From contig CBDCGL010000011.1 in assembly GCA_965216755.1 (NCBI GenBank), forward strand, positions 2,528,001-2,592,000: a DNA stretch of 64,000 bases, read 5' to 3'. The position numbers and the translations under genes were made by a program. This DNA is from Alphaproteobacteria bacterium (lineage in GTDB: Bacteria > Pseudomonadota > Alphaproteobacteria > UBA7887). This document shows, one piece after another, positions 21,119 through 31,228 of this stretch. Each line of letters opens with the position of its first letter. Position 1 is the first letter of the stretch. The notes under the pieces are model-generated. The model ran no database searches, was not told the origin of the DNA, and was given only the letters and a program-made list of their open reading frames with translations.

Positions 21119-21945
21119 CGGCGAGTCGCGATCATCACAGTCGGCACAATCGCGCCATTCTCCAAATTTGCCAGCATATTCTTGGCTTTTCGCCCGGCAT
21201 TGGCGCCCATCATCAAATGGGTGCCAAGCGGCGGCGGGCCGCCGGACGCCGCGGCGATGCGCTCGCGAAACACGGCGATGGCGAATTCCGTCCGGTCTTC
21301 CACCACGGTGACGGCAAAACCGGCCTCGGCCAACAGACCGCGCATTTGATCAGGCGTGGTCAAATGACTGGTCGCCGCCGTCTCCGCCCACGGCACCGGA
21401 TAGCGGACGTCGCCGGCGGGCCCACGCATGGCGTCATAGATGCAAAAACACGCCCCCGGCTTCAGCACCCGCGCGGCCTCGGCATAGAGCCCAGCGCGAT
21501 CGCGAATATTCATCGCCACATGCAGGGTGATGGCGGCGTCAAACATCGAGTCGGAAAACGGCATGTCAAGCGCGCTGGCGACATGATAGGCCGTGCGAGC
21601 GGCCAAGCCGGTCCGCATCGCCAATTCGCGCGCGACACCGACATATTCGGGCGTTAGGTCGACCCCGCTGACCTGGCAGCCGATCGTGGACGCGATATAC
21701 CGCGCCGCGCCACCCAGGCCGCAACCGATATCGAGCACATGGTCGCCGTCGCGCAACCGCATTTTCGAGACAGCAAACTTGGTCGCCGCGCGGCCGCCGA
21801 TGTGGAACTCGTCGACCGGCGCCAGATCCTCCGGCTGCAAGCGATCGGGGTCGCCGCCGGCCGCCACCACGCCGTCAAGTATGCGTGCCAGCAACCCGGC
21901 CACGCCATAGTGGTCAGCGACGGCACGTTCAAGTTCAGCGGTCAT
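21115..21945 (-). CDS. Class I SAM-dependent methyltransferase
   Basis: DEFHIGGR, VLDIGCGLGG, LHVAMNI and YPVPWA. Confidence 0.88.
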   Translation of the reverse strand: MTAELERAVADHYGVAGLLARILDGVVAAGGDPDRLQPEDLAPVDEFHIGGRAATKFAVSKMRLRDGDHVLDIGCGLGGAARYIASTIGCQVSGVDLTPEYVGVARELAMRTGLAARTAYHVASALDMPFSDSMFDAAITLHVAMNIRDRAGLYAEAARVLKPGACFCIYDAMRGPAGDVRYPVPWAETAATSHLTTPDQMRGLLAEAGFAVTVVEDRTEFAIAVFRERIAAASGGPPPLGTHLMMGANAGRKAKNMLANLENGAIVPTVMIATRR

Positions 21946-21951
21946 CGCGGG

Positions 21952-22320
21952 TCATTCATCGGTTGGCGGCGAGGTGATGACCAAAAACGTCAAATCCCTG
22001 AGCCCCGTATTGTAGAGCGCATGATCCAATCCCGGTGGAATGAAGATGGTATCATTGCGCCGAACGACGCGTCGTTCGCTGCCGAGTTCCATCAGCCCTT
22101 CGCCGGCGAGTACGAAATAGATCTGCTCTTGGCGGGTGTGATGGTGGGTGGCGACATAACCCTTCGGCTGATACACCGAAATGCGGAAGTCAAAATGTTT
22201 GGTTTGGTCGGTGTCGGGTGTCACCAGCAACTTCGAATGGGCGCCTTCATAGTGGCCGGGCGCCGTATCCCATAAGACCTCGGCGATGTTGCGGATGGTG
22301 GCGTCGTCGAATTTTTCCAT
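21952..22320 (-). CDS. Cupin domain protein
   Basis: HHHTRQEQIYFVLAGEG and IFIPPGLDHALYN cupin motifs. Confidence 0.85.
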   Translation of the reverse strand: MEKFDDATIRNIAEVLWDTAPGHYEGAHSKLLVTPDTDQTKHFDFRISVYQPKGYVATHHHTRQEQIYFVLAGEGLMELGSERRVVRRNDTIFIPPGLDHALYNTGLRDLTFLVITSPPTDE

Positions 22321-22345
22321 GGCGCGGCCTCGGCTTTCCTCTGGC

Positions 22346-24136
22346 TTAAGTAATCAAGCCGGCATCGGCGGCCCCCACCGGCGCGCCAAACGCCGGCTCC
22401 CTGTGCAGCGTCGGCGGCAAGGCCCAAGTGCCCGTCGCGGGCGGACGAATGTCGGCATCGACATGCGCTTCGATCAGGCAGGGTTTGCCCAGCGTCAAAG
22501 CGTGATCCAATGCGCCTTTGAAATCGGCCGAGGTCTTGGCGGTCAATCCTTCGACACCGTGGGCACGGGCCAAGGCGGCGAAATCAGGGTTGTAGGGCTC
22601 ACGATTTTCACCCTTGTAAAAAGCCGTGCCGATTTCGCGGCCATCATACAAGCCATATTGAATATCGCGAATCGCCGCCCAGGCGAAATTGTTCCAGACC
22701 ACCCAAATCGCCGGGATGTCATATTCGACCGCCGTGCACAGCACATGCGGCGTCATGACAAAGCCGCCATCGCCGCAAATTGAAACGCAGGGGCGGTGCG
22801 GCGCGGCCAGCTTGGCGCCCAGAATGCCACTGACGCCAAAGCCCATCGCCGAGAACCCCCATGCGTTGAGCATGGCCTGTGGCTGACGCGCTTCCCAAAA
22901 TTGCATGAACCAATTGTGATGGATGCCCGAATCAAGCGAAATGATCGCGTCATCGGGCAGCACGGCGCGCATGTCGGCGACAACCCGTTCAGGCTGCATG
23001 GGGGTGCGGTCGATCTCAAATTTGGGCGCGACAAATGCGTGCCACTCCCGTCGCCAGTTGGCGATCTTGGCCAGCCATTCGGCGCGGTCCGGAGTGGCGA
23101 TATCTGCCGCCGCCGCCAACATTTGCCCCAAGAAAGTCCTGGCATCGGCGACAATACCCAAATCGGCTGGATAATTGCGGCCAATCTCACTCACATCGAC
23201 GTCGACATGAATCAGCTTGGTGTGAGGAAAGTTCCACGAATAGCCCGGCAACCACGAGCTGGCTGAACGATCGTCAAAGCGCGCGCCAATGGTCAAAACC
23301 AGATCAGCATGGCGGCCGACTTGGTTGGCGGGGTAGGCGCCGTTGCGGCCAATAAAACCTAAGGACAAGTCATGGCCCATGGGGATACAGCCCATGCCGT
23401 TCGGCGAGCTGATCACCGGTATTTGCAGCTGTTCGGCCAAGGCAACCAATGGCGCGCCGGCTTCGGACAGCGTGACACCGTGGCCGATAAACAACGCCGG
23501 GCGCTTGGCCGCCATCAGCATTCGCAGTGCCTCGATCACGTCCGCCGGCGCGGCGCCTGAGCGCTTGGGACGATGCATGGCATGGGCCGGCTCCAATTCG
23601 ACATCGGCCTGTTCCTGAAACAGATTGAACGGGACATCGACCTGCACCGGCCCCGGGCGGCCGTTCACCATCAAATCGTAAGCTTGTCGCAGGGCCAACG
23701 GCAGCATCTCCACCCGGGTCGGCTGAAAGCTGCGCTTCACCACGGGGCGGACGACGGCGGGAAAATCCGCCTGACCATGCCGATGGATTTCCTGAAATGG
23801 TCCGCGATTGAACTGCTGGGTGGGCACGTCGGCGGTCAGCGCCAAAAAGGTCGACGAATCCGACAGCGCATTGGCCAAGGCCATGACCAAATTGGCCGAA
23901 CCCGGCCCGCAGCTGGTCAACGTGGCGGCCGGCTGGTGCCTGATGCGAAAATAGGCGTCCGCCATGTGGCCGGCGGTCTGTTCGTGACGCGGCGAAATCA
24001 CCTTCACTTGGTCGCGAACGTCATAGAGCGCGTCAAGCAGTCCGACATTGCCATGCCCGCACAAGGCAAACACATAGGGAATTTTTGCTTGAACCAAAAA
24101 ATCGGCGATCAGTTCGCCGCCCTTCCGCATGGCCAT
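22346..24136 (-). CDS. Thiamine pyrophosphate-dependent enzyme (acetolactate synthase-like family, substrate unknown)
   Basis: CGHGNVG, RHEQTAGHMADAY, GPGSAN and TPP motif GDGGF...WNN; GGGAGG RBS. Confidence 0.88.
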   Translation of the reverse strand: MAMRKGGELIADFLVQAKIPYVFALCGHGNVGLLDALYDVRDQVKVISPRHEQTAGHMADAYFRIRHQPAATLTSCGPGSANLVMALANALSDSSTFLALTADVPTQQFNRGPFQEIHRHGQADFPAVVRPVVKRSFQPTRVEMLPLALRQAYDLMVNGRPGPVQVDVPFNLFQEQADVELEPAHAMHRPKRSGAAPADVIEALRMLMAAKRPALFIGHGVTLSEAGAPLVALAEQLQIPVISSPNGMGCIPMGHDLSLGFIGRNGAYPANQVGRHADLVLTIGARFDDRSASSWLPGYSWNFPHTKLIHVDVDVSEIGRNYPADLGIVADARTFLGQMLAAAADIATPDRAEWLAKIANWRREWHAFVAPKFEIDRTPMQPERVVADMRAVLPDDAIISLDSGIHHNWFMQFWEARQPQAMLNAWGFSAMGFGVSGILGAKLAAPHRPCVSICGDGGFVMTPHVLCTAVEYDIPAIWVVWNNFAWAAIRDIQYGLYDGREIGTAFYKGENREPYNPDFAALARAHGVEGLTAKTSADFKGALDHALTLGKPCLIEAHVDADIRPPATGTWALPPTLHREPAFGAPVGAADAGLIT

Positions 24137-24153
24137 GCCGGGCCTCCCTTTGA

Positions 24154-24861
24154 TCAATGCGGCGAAACGCTAGCGGGAAAGTCGAACAACGGCAACAAAG
24201 GCGCGCCGGCACGCGCGACCGCCGCGTGATCTTCGGGATCGAGCCGCGGCACGCACAGCACCCGCGTGCCGCGCGCAAAACGCGAAATCGTGTCGACCGT
24301 GTCGCGCAATGGCACCGGGCTTTCCGGCGATTCGCTGACAACAACGCCGGCGATCGGAATTCGCCGCCGCTGCAAGACCTCCAGCGCCGTCAACGTATGG
24401 CTGATCGTACCCAAGTAAGAACCCGCCACCAGCACCGCCGGCACGCTCAAATCGGCAATCCAGTCGACCACCAAAACATCGTCGCCCAAAGGCACCATGG
24501 CGCCGCCGACGCCTTCGATGATGACCCCGTCATGGTAGGTCTCGATCGCTTCGCCGCAATGCGCTAACAACGCCGCATAATCGATGCGACGCCCTTCGCG
24601 GGCGGCAGCCATGTCGGGCGACAATGGGGCGCCAAACCGCCATGGCGAGATTCGATCGATCGTCGCGCTGTTCGCCGGCAAATCTTGGGCGGCCAGTAAC
24701 AACGCGGTGTCGGTGGCGTCGGCCGGAGTCGCGTCGAAACCACTGATGACCGGCTTCACGGCGGCGACTTGTCGGCCCGCCGCGCGCAAGGCCCGCACCA
24801 GCGCGCAGCTCACCAGGGTCTTGCCGACCTCAGTGCCGCTGGCGGTGACAAAAAGCGACAT
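24154..24861 (-). CDS. bioD: Dethiobiotin synthase
   Basis: FVTASGTEVGKT, KPVISG, IEGVGG and YLGTISHT. Confidence 0.93.
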   Translation of the reverse strand: MSLFVTASGTEVGKTLVSCALVRALRAAGRQVAAVKPVISGFDATPADATDTALLLAAQDLPANSATIDRISPWRFGAPLSPDMAAAREGRRIDYAALLAHCGEAIETYHDGVIIEGVGGAMVPLGDDVLVVDWIADLSVPAVLVAGSYLGTISHTLTALEVLQRRRIPIAGVVVSESPESPVPLRDTVDTISRFARGTRVLCVPRLDPEDHAAVARAGAPLLPLFDFPASVSPH

Positions 24862-24865
24862 CCGG

Positions 24866-25990
24866 CTACAACACGTGATCGCGAATCAGCGTCGCCAACC
24901 GCACCACGTCGTCGTCGCGATGATCGGCGCTGAACGTCACGCGCAGGCGCGCGGTGCCGTCGGGTACGGTTGGCGGCCGAATGGCGGTGACCAAAAAGCC
25001 GTGCGCCGCCAACAAGGACGACGCGGTCAACGCGGGTTCGGCGTCGCCAACAATCACCGGCACGATCGGGCTTTGCGGCGCGGGCAGTCCGACGATCTCG
25101 CAAAAAATGGCCGCCTTGGCGACCGGTCGCGCGCAAAATTTCGGGTCGCTCTCGATGATATCCAACGCCGCGTACGCCGCCGCCGCGACCGCCGGTGGCA
25201 GGCCGGTCGAATAGACCAGGGTGCGCGCCCGCGCCACCAGCAGATCGATCACCGGTTGGGCGGCGCACAAATAGCCGCCATAGCCGCCGATCGCCTTCGA
25301 CAAGGTGCCCATTTGCAACGGCGCCGCGTTGTTTTTCGTCGCCGGCACGACGCCCAATCCGTGCGCATCGTCGGTCATCAACCATGCGTCATAAGCCGCA
25401 GCGACATCGGCCAGATCGTCGAGCGGCGCCAAGTCGCCGTCCATGCTGAACACCGTGTCGGTCAATACCAGGCAATGGCGATGATCGGCACGCGACGCGT
25501 TCAGCTGGGCGCGTAGATCATCGATATCGTTGTGTCGAAAGACGCGCACGGCCGCACCCGACAAGCGGCTGCCACCATGAAGACAGGCATGTGCCAACTC
25601 GTCGATGAAAACAACATCCGGGACGCCAACCAAAGCCGGCACGATACCAAGATTGGCCAAATAGCCGGATCCAAAAACCAGCGCGGCATCGGTGCCCTTA
25701 TAGCGCGCCAAACGCTTTTCAAGCGCTACCAGCGGTGGATGATTGCCGGTGACCAGGCGCGAGGCCCCGGCCCCCAACCCGTACCGATCGATCGCGTCCG
25801 CCGCCGCACGCTTGACCGTTGGATGCTGGCTGAGGTTCAAATAGTCGTTGCAACTGAACGACACCATGGTTCGCCCGGCGTGCTCAGCGCCGGCATGTGG
25901 GCGACGCCAGGTTTCGGTCAGCGACCGGCGCAATGCGCGTCGCTCCAACCCCGCAAGCTTGTCGCGCGCAAATTCGTTCAAACTGTTCAT
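24866..25990 (-). CDS. bioF: 8-amino-7-oxononanoate synthase
   Basis: SCNDYLNL, GASRLVTG, VFSMDGD, DDAHG, GTLSKA (PLP lysine) and IRPPTVP. Confidence 0.95.
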   Translation of the reverse strand: MNSLNEFARDKLAGLERRALRRSLTETWRRPHAGAEHAGRTMVSFSCNDYLNLSQHPTVKRAAADAIDRYGLGAGASRLVTGNHPPLVALEKRLARYKGTDAALVFGSGYLANLGIVPALVGVPDVVFIDELAHACLHGGSRLSGAAVRVFRHNDIDDLRAQLNASRADHRHCLVLTDTVFSMDGDLAPLDDLADVAAAYDAWLMTDDAHGLGVVPATKNNAAPLQMGTLSKAIGGYGGYLCAAQPVIDLLVARARTLVYSTGLPPAVAAAAYAALDIIESDPKFCARPVAKAAIFCEIVGLPAPQSPIVPVIVGDAEPALTASSLLAAHGFLVTAIRPPTVPDGTARLRVTFSADHRDDDVVRLATLIRDHVL

Positions 25991-26094
25991 CGCGCCGAAA
26001 CTTCGTGATTCCCGGGAACCGCTTGAGTTGGCGCATGTTCCGGCGCTAAGTCAAGGCCATACGCGACGCCATGCCCGACAAGGAGGCCGCGCCC

Positions 26095-27411
26095 ATGACA
26101 ACATCGCCGCCGGATTGGCTGACCGCCGGCTTGGATCACGTCTGGATGCCCTACACCCAGATGAAAACGGCCCCGATGCCAATCGCGGTCGCGCGGACCG
26201 AAGGCGCCCATATCACCCTCGCCGACGGCCGGGTCTTGGTCGATGGCTGCGCCAGCTGGTGGACGGCGTGCCACGGCTATAATCACCCACATATTCGGAC
26301 GGCGGTCGCCGCGCAGCTTGAGACCATGCCGCACATCATGATGGGCGGCCTCGCCAACGAACAGGCGTTTCGGCTCGCGGCCCGTTTGGCCACGCTGTTG
26401 CCGGGGGACTTGGACCGCGTATTCCTGGCGGAGTCCGGTTCCGTCGCGGTCGAAGTGGCGATGAAAATGGCGATCCAATACTGGATCAATAGGGGCGCTG
26501 TGGGCCCGGCGACGCCCCACAAACAATTCATCCATTTCGACCATGGCTATCACGGTGACACATTCGCAACCATGTCGGTGTGCGATGTCGATCGCGGCAT
26601 GCATCATGTATTCAAAGGCGCCTTGCCCGAACAATTGCGGCGCCCCCTGCCGACGGACAAAGCGGAACAAGAACGGTTCGAATCTTTCCTCGCCGCGCAT
26701 CGCGGCCGCGTCGCGGGCGTCATCGTCGAACCCTTGGTGCAAGGTGCCGGCGGCTTGAAGTTTCACGATCCGGGAACACTGCAATTCTTGCGTGCAGCGA
26801 CCCTGCGAAATGATGCCTTGCTCATTTTTGATGAGATCATGACCGGCTTCGGTCGCACCGGCAGCTTGTTTGCGTGCCAAGCGGCCGATGTCGTGCCGGA
26901 TATCATCACGCTGGGCAAAGCATTGACCGGCGGGACGAGTCCATTGTCTGTCGCGGTATGCAGCCGCGGCGTCGCCGCGCCATTCATGTCCGACACTCCT
27001 GACGCAGCATTGATGCATGGACCGACCTATATGGGGCACGCCATGGGCTGCGCGGCGGCCAACGCCTCGTTGGATCTGTTCGAGCGCGAGCCGCGTCTCG
27101 ACCAGGTCGCCGCCATCGAACGCCACTTGCTTCAGGATTTGGCGCCGGCCCGCCAAATTAAAGGTGTGGTCGACGTGCGCGTACGCGGCGCCATCGGCGC
27201 CATCCAAGTGGCCGAAATGCGTGAGATTGAATGGTTGCGCCGGCGCTTTGTCGAGGCCGGCGTATTTATTCGGCCGATGGCCGACGTTATTTATGTCGCC
27301 CCACCATTTGTCGTCGACAATGGCGATTTGCGGACCCTGACCGCCGCGATGCTGACCGTGACCGAAGAATGGAGCCGACGGTTCGGCGTAGCGTTCCGGT
27401 CCGGTACTTGA
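26095..27411 (+). CDS. bioA: Adenosylmethionine-8-amino-7-oxononanoate aminotransferase
   Basis: WMPYTQM, ASWW, SGSVAVEVAMKMA, DEIMTGFGRTG, GKALTGG and HGPTYM; AAGGAGG RBS. Confidence 0.95.
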   Translation: MTTSPPDWLTAGLDHVWMPYTQMKTAPMPIAVARTEGAHITLADGRVLVDGCASWWTACHGYNHPHIRTAVAAQLETMPHIMMGGLANEQAFRLAARLATLLPGDLDRVFLAESGSVAVEVAMKMAIQYWINRGAVGPATPHKQFIHFDHGYHGDTFATMSVCDVDRGMHHVFKGALPEQLRRPLPTDKAEQERFESFLAAHRGRVAGVIVEPLVQGAGGLKFHDPGTLQFLRAATLRNDALLIFDEIMTGFGRTGSLFACQAADVVPDIITLGKALTGGTSPLSVAVCSRGVAAPFMSDTPDAALMHGPTYMGHAMGCAAANASLDLFEREPRLDQVAAIERHLLQDLAPARQIKGVVDVRVRGAIGAIQVAEMREIEWLRRRFVEAGVFIRPMADVIYVAPPFVVDNGDLRTLTAAMLTVTEEWSRRFGVAFRSGT

Positions 27412-27756
27412 CAACCGCTGAGCCAAGGCGCATTACCTTAGGCGTTGGTATATTGCGATCATCGGTCCCGTTGTGGCGTATGCGGCGGACCGGACTGTGA
27501 CTATGCATAGCACGTCGTCGACGTATGTTTCGCGCCCAATGACTCCGCAGCTAACGGTGCGACCAGCCAACTGGCGTCGCCACAAGCCATCGGGCGTCGA
27601 CGAACGTTCTCGATTGCACAAATATCGCCATGCCAACAAAATCTTTTTTCGGCAAGACCATTCGCTCGGCAAAGGTTACGTGCGGTGCGCCCAGCGGCGG
27701 ATTTGCCCGAGACCGCGCCACACGGATTGCGCGGGGCACTTGATGGGAGAGGATCA

Positions 27757-27963
27757 ATGGCAACCGGTATTGTGAAATGGTTCAACACCCAAAAGGGCTT
27801 CGGCTTTATCGAACCGGATGAAGGCGGCAAGGACGTGTTTGTCCATATCAGCGCCATCGAAAAATCCGGCATGGAAGTTCCGGCCGAGGGCGCCAAGCTC
27901 AGCTACGATTTGGAACAAGACCGCAAAGGTCGTGTCTCTGCGGCCAACTTGCGCACCATTTAG
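27757..27963 (+). CDS. Cold-shock protein (CspA family)
   Basis: GIVKWFN, RNP1 KGFGFI and RNP2 DVFVHIS; long upstream untranslated region. Confidence 0.95.
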   Translation: MATGIVKWFNTQKGFGFIEPDEGGKDVFVHISAIEKSGMEVPAEGAKLSYDLEQDRKGRVSAANLRTI

Positions 27964-28055
27964 GGACTTACGTCAATCGTTGGCGCCCCGCGACCGGATG
28001 CGAGGTTGTGCGGGCGCGTTTTCTTGCCATGCGGCGCCGTGATCAAACGACGGCC

Positions 28056-29090
28056 TCAGGCAAAATCTAGTTGCACTTTCATCGCGCGCCGGCGATCCGC
28101 GGCCAGGGCGAATGCGTGGTTTGCCTGGGCCATTGGCACGACTTCGGTAATCAACGGCGCCACATCAATGCGGCCGCTGCCGATCAATTTTGCCGACCAG
28201 GCAAATTCTTCGTGGAAGCGAAATGTGCCGCGCACATCGATCTCTTTCGCGACAATGGTGTTCATCGGCATGGTGACATCGCCGCCAAGCCCAATTTGCA
28301 CGACAATGCCGCGTGGCCGCACGACGTTAAGCGCCGCCGACAACGCCTGCGCATTGCCCGATGCCTCAAAGACAATGTCGCATTGGCCTTTTCCGTCTGC
28401 CAATGGCGCAAGTGCCCGCGGATCCTCGGCTACGTTGATGACCCGGTCCGCGCCCATCATCTGACCAATCGCCAAGGCTTCGGCGACGATGTCGGTGGCG
28501 ATGATCTCGGCCGCGCCGGCGTGGCGTGCAGCCGCGACAGCCAACACCCCTATCGGACCCTGCCCGGAGACCAGAACACATTTGCCGACCAAGCTACCGG
28601 CCCGTTGCACGGCGTGCAGACCGACGGCCAGCGGTTCGGCGCACGCCGCGTGGGTCAGGGGTAACGTAGCCGGCACCGGCACACACTGGGCTTCGTCGGC
28701 GACAACGGCCTGACAAAAGGCGCCCTGCACATGGGGCATGCGCATGGCACTGCCATAGAAACGCACGTCCGCGCAGTGATTATGAAGGCCCTGTTGACAA
28801 TATGCGCAGGTTCTGCACGGCCGGCTCGGGTTGACCGCAACGTGGTCGCCCACGGCAACACTGCGTACTTCAGCGCCGATTGCATCAATCACGCCTGCGA
28901 CTTCGTGGCCCAGGACCATCGGCTGTTTCAGACGCACGGTACCGAAACCACCATGGTAGAAATAGTGCAAGTCCGATCCACAGATGCCGCCCGCCGCGAT
29001 TCGCACCCGCGCCGCGCGCGGCCCCGGTGCTGCAACGTCGCGGGTCTCGATCCGCAAATCCTCGGGGGCATGCAACACGGCCGCTTTCAT
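28056..29090 (-). CDS. idnD: L-idonate 5-dehydrogenase (zinc-dependent MDR)
   Basis: GGICGSDLHY, GHEVAG, RFYGSAMRMPHVQG and GTFRFHEEF; start after a GAGGAGG RBS, so the 558-aa ORF is over-extended. Confidence 0.88.
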   Translation of the reverse strand: MKAAVLHAPEDLRIETRDVAAPGPRAARVRIAAGGICGSDLHYFYHGGFGTVRLKQPMVLGHEVAGVIDAIGAEVRSVAVGDHVAVNPSRPCRTCAYCQQGLHNHCADVRFYGSAMRMPHVQGAFCQAVVADEAQCVPVPATLPLTHAACAEPLAVGLHAVQRAGSLVGKCVLVSGQGPIGVLAVAAARHAGAAEIIATDIVAEALAIGQMMGADRVINVAEDPRALAPLADGKGQCDIVFEASGNAQALSAALNVVRPRGIVVQIGLGGDVTMPMNTIVAKEIDVRGTFRFHEEFAWSAKLIGSGRIDVAPLITEVVPMAQANHAFALAADRRRAMKVQLDFA

Positions 29091-29190
29091 GTCATCCTCC
29101 TCAACTCGGCGCGCGAAAACGCCCCAGCGCTCGCGGCTATCTTGACCGAATTTCCGGGCGGCGCCCAGCTCGTCGAAAAGGATCTCGTCC

Positions 29191-29958
29191 ATGTCCACCG
29201 CTCTTTTTGATCTAACCGGCAGACGTGCGCTCGTCACCGGCGCCAGTCGCGGTATCGGACTGGCCTTGGCCACGGGCCTGTCGGCCGCCGGCGCCGAAGT
29301 CATTTTGAATGCGCGCCACGCCGACGCGCTCGAGGCGGCCGTCGCCACGCTTCGCGCTGCGGACGGGATCGCGCATGCGCGGCCGTTTGATGTGACCGAT
29401 CGTGCCGCGGTCGGCACCGTGGTCGACGCCATCGAGTCCGAAATCGGCGCCATCGATATTCTGGTCAACAATGCCGGCTTGCAACGACGTAAGGCGCTGG
29501 AAGATTTCGCGGAAGAGGATTGGCACCAAATCGTCCAGACCAATCTGAGCAGCGTGTTTTTCGTGAGCCAGGCCGTGGCTCGCCATATGATTGGCCGGCG
29601 CCGCGGCAAAATCATCAACATCTGCTCGGTCCAAAGCGAACTCGGCCGGCCGACCATCGCGCCGTACGCCGCCACCAAAGGTGGCGTGAAGATGCTGACC
29701 AAGGGCATGTGCGCGGATTGGGCGCCGCACAATATTCAGGTCAACGGCCTGGGGCCGGGTTATTTCGCAACAGCGTTGAATCAGGCCTTGGTCGATGATA
29801 CGGCGTTTTCGGCCTGGCTCGCCAAGCGCACCCCGGCCGGGCGCTGGGGCCGGGTTGAGGAGTTGATCGGCGCGGCGATTTTTCTGGCCTCGCCCGCGTC
29901 CGATTTTGTCAACGGCCACATCCTTTATGTCGACGGCGGCATCACCAGCGCCCTGTGA
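29191..29958 (+). CDS. idnO: Gluconate 5-dehydrogenase (SDR)
   Basis: TGASRGIG, NNAG, SVQSELGRPTIAPYAATKGG and VDGGITSAL; divergent from idnD. Confidence 0.88.
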   Translation: MSTALFDLTGRRALVTGASRGIGLALATGLSAAGAEVILNARHADALEAAVATLRAADGIAHARPFDVTDRAAVGTVVDAIESEIGAIDILVNNAGLQRRKALEDFAEEDWHQIVQTNLSSVFFVSQAVARHMIGRRRGKIINICSVQSELGRPTIAPYAATKGGVKMLTKGMCADWAPHNIQVNGLGPGYFATALNQALVDDTAFSAWLAKRTPAGRWGRVEELIGAAIFLASPASDFVNGHILYVDGGITSAL

Positions 29959-30077
29959 CGAGCGCCTTTGCGAAATCGTGACTTGTCGGATCCTGGCCTT
30001 AGACGAATGCTGGGCCCAGTGTAGCACGACTTACAATGCGACATGACCGTGACGACAGCCCCGTGGGAGTGAATGCG

Positions 30078-31088
30078 ATGCAAAACGCCGTCAACCACCA
30101 AATTAGACTGGCCGCCCGCCCGACGGGTTTGCCGAAAGACAGCGATTGGCAGTTGACGGAGGAACCCGTCGCCGATCCGGGCCCCGGCCAGGTGCTGACC
30201 AAGATCCACTATATTTCGGTCGATCCGGCCATGCGTGGCTGGGTCAACGAAGGGCCGTCCTATGTGCCGGCGGTCGAGATCGGCGCGGTCATGCGTGCGC
30301 TAACGGTCGGTGAAGTGGTCGCCTCCAACAATTCCAACTTCGCGGTCGGCGACTATGTCGCGGGTCTCGATGGCGTCCAGGAATTCGCGTTATCCGACGG
30401 CAGCAGCTTGACCAAGGTCGACGTGCAGTTGGCACCGCTGCAAACCTATTTGAGCACTTTGGGTATCGCAGGGCTGACCGCCTATTGCGGTTTGATTGAA
30501 GTCGGTTTGCCGCAGGCCGGCAACACCGTATTGGTCTCAGGCGGCGCCGGATCGGTGGGCGCACATGTCGGCCAGATCGCCAAAATCAAGGGATGCCGCG
30601 CGGTCGGTATCGCCGGCGGCACAGATAAATGTCGCTATATAACCGACGAGTTGGGTTTCGACGCGGCGATTGACTATAAGGCCGAACAGCTATCGGACGG
30701 CCTCAAACGGACCTGTCCCGACGGCATCGACGTGTTTTTTGACAATGTCGGCGGGCCGACCTTGGACGCCGCGCTGGCCCGCATCAATTTCGGCGCCCGC
30801 ATCGTGATTTGCGGTGCCATATCGACCTATAACGCCACCGAACCGCCGGCCGGGGTCAAGAATTACCGCGCCTTGTTGGTTCGCAGCGCCCGCATGGAAG
30901 GTTTCATCTATTTCAATTACCGCAAGAAATGGCCGGAAATGATCAAGCAATTGGCCGCCTGGCGTGCCGAGGGCAAGATCAAGTGCCGGGAAGATATCGA
31001 TGAGGGCGGTGTCGCGGCGTTTCCGCGCGTTCTGTTGCGTTTGTTCGACGGCAGCAATTTCGGCAAGCAGATGATCAAGGTCGCTTGA
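30078..31088 (+). CDS. NADP-dependent oxidoreductase (prostaglandin reductase / CurA-like MDR)
   Basis: SVDPAMRGW, GLTAY, GIAGG, FFDNVGG, CGAIS and NFGK. Confidence 0.9.
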   Translation: MQNAVNHQIRLAARPTGLPKDSDWQLTEEPVADPGPGQVLTKIHYISVDPAMRGWVNEGPSYVPAVEIGAVMRALTVGEVVASNNSNFAVGDYVAGLDGVQEFALSDGSSLTKVDVQLAPLQTYLSTLGIAGLTAYCGLIEVGLPQAGNTVLVSGGAGSVGAHVGQIAKIKGCRAVGIAGGTDKCRYITDELGFDAAIDYKAEQLSDGLKRTCPDGIDVFFDNVGGPTLDAALARINFGARIVICGAISTYNATEPPAGVKNYRALLVRSARMEGFIYFNYRKKWPEMIKQLAAWRAEGKIKCREDIDEGGVAAFPRVLLRLFDGSNFGKQMIKVA

Positions 31089-31090
31089 CC

Positions 31091-31218
31091 ATTCCGGTGT
31101 TCCGGTGGATTCTGGTGACAGTTTACTAAATACACTATATATCGTATATCTACCTTCTACAGTCATATATATAGTGTATTTAGTAAACTGTCACCAGAAT
31201 CCACCGGAACACCGGAAT
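31091..31218. repeat. Long AT-cored palindrome, REPIN/MITE-like element copy A
   Basis: Perfect 52-bp inverted repeat 31091-31142 / 31167-31218 with a 24-nt loop; core GGTGACAGTTTACTAAATACAC is shared with the copies at 62735 and 62947. Confidence 0.9.
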
Positions 31219-31228
31219 CACCGGAATG

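Noticed and set aside
25987-27426. Long antisense ORFs (also 13599-14810, 55127-56305, 43417-44298)
   Set aside because: Shadow ORFs opposite well-supported genes, as expected in high-GC DNA
28056-29732. 558-aa fusion ORF
   Set aside because: The first 214 codons are antisense to idnO; the real start is 29090, with an RBS
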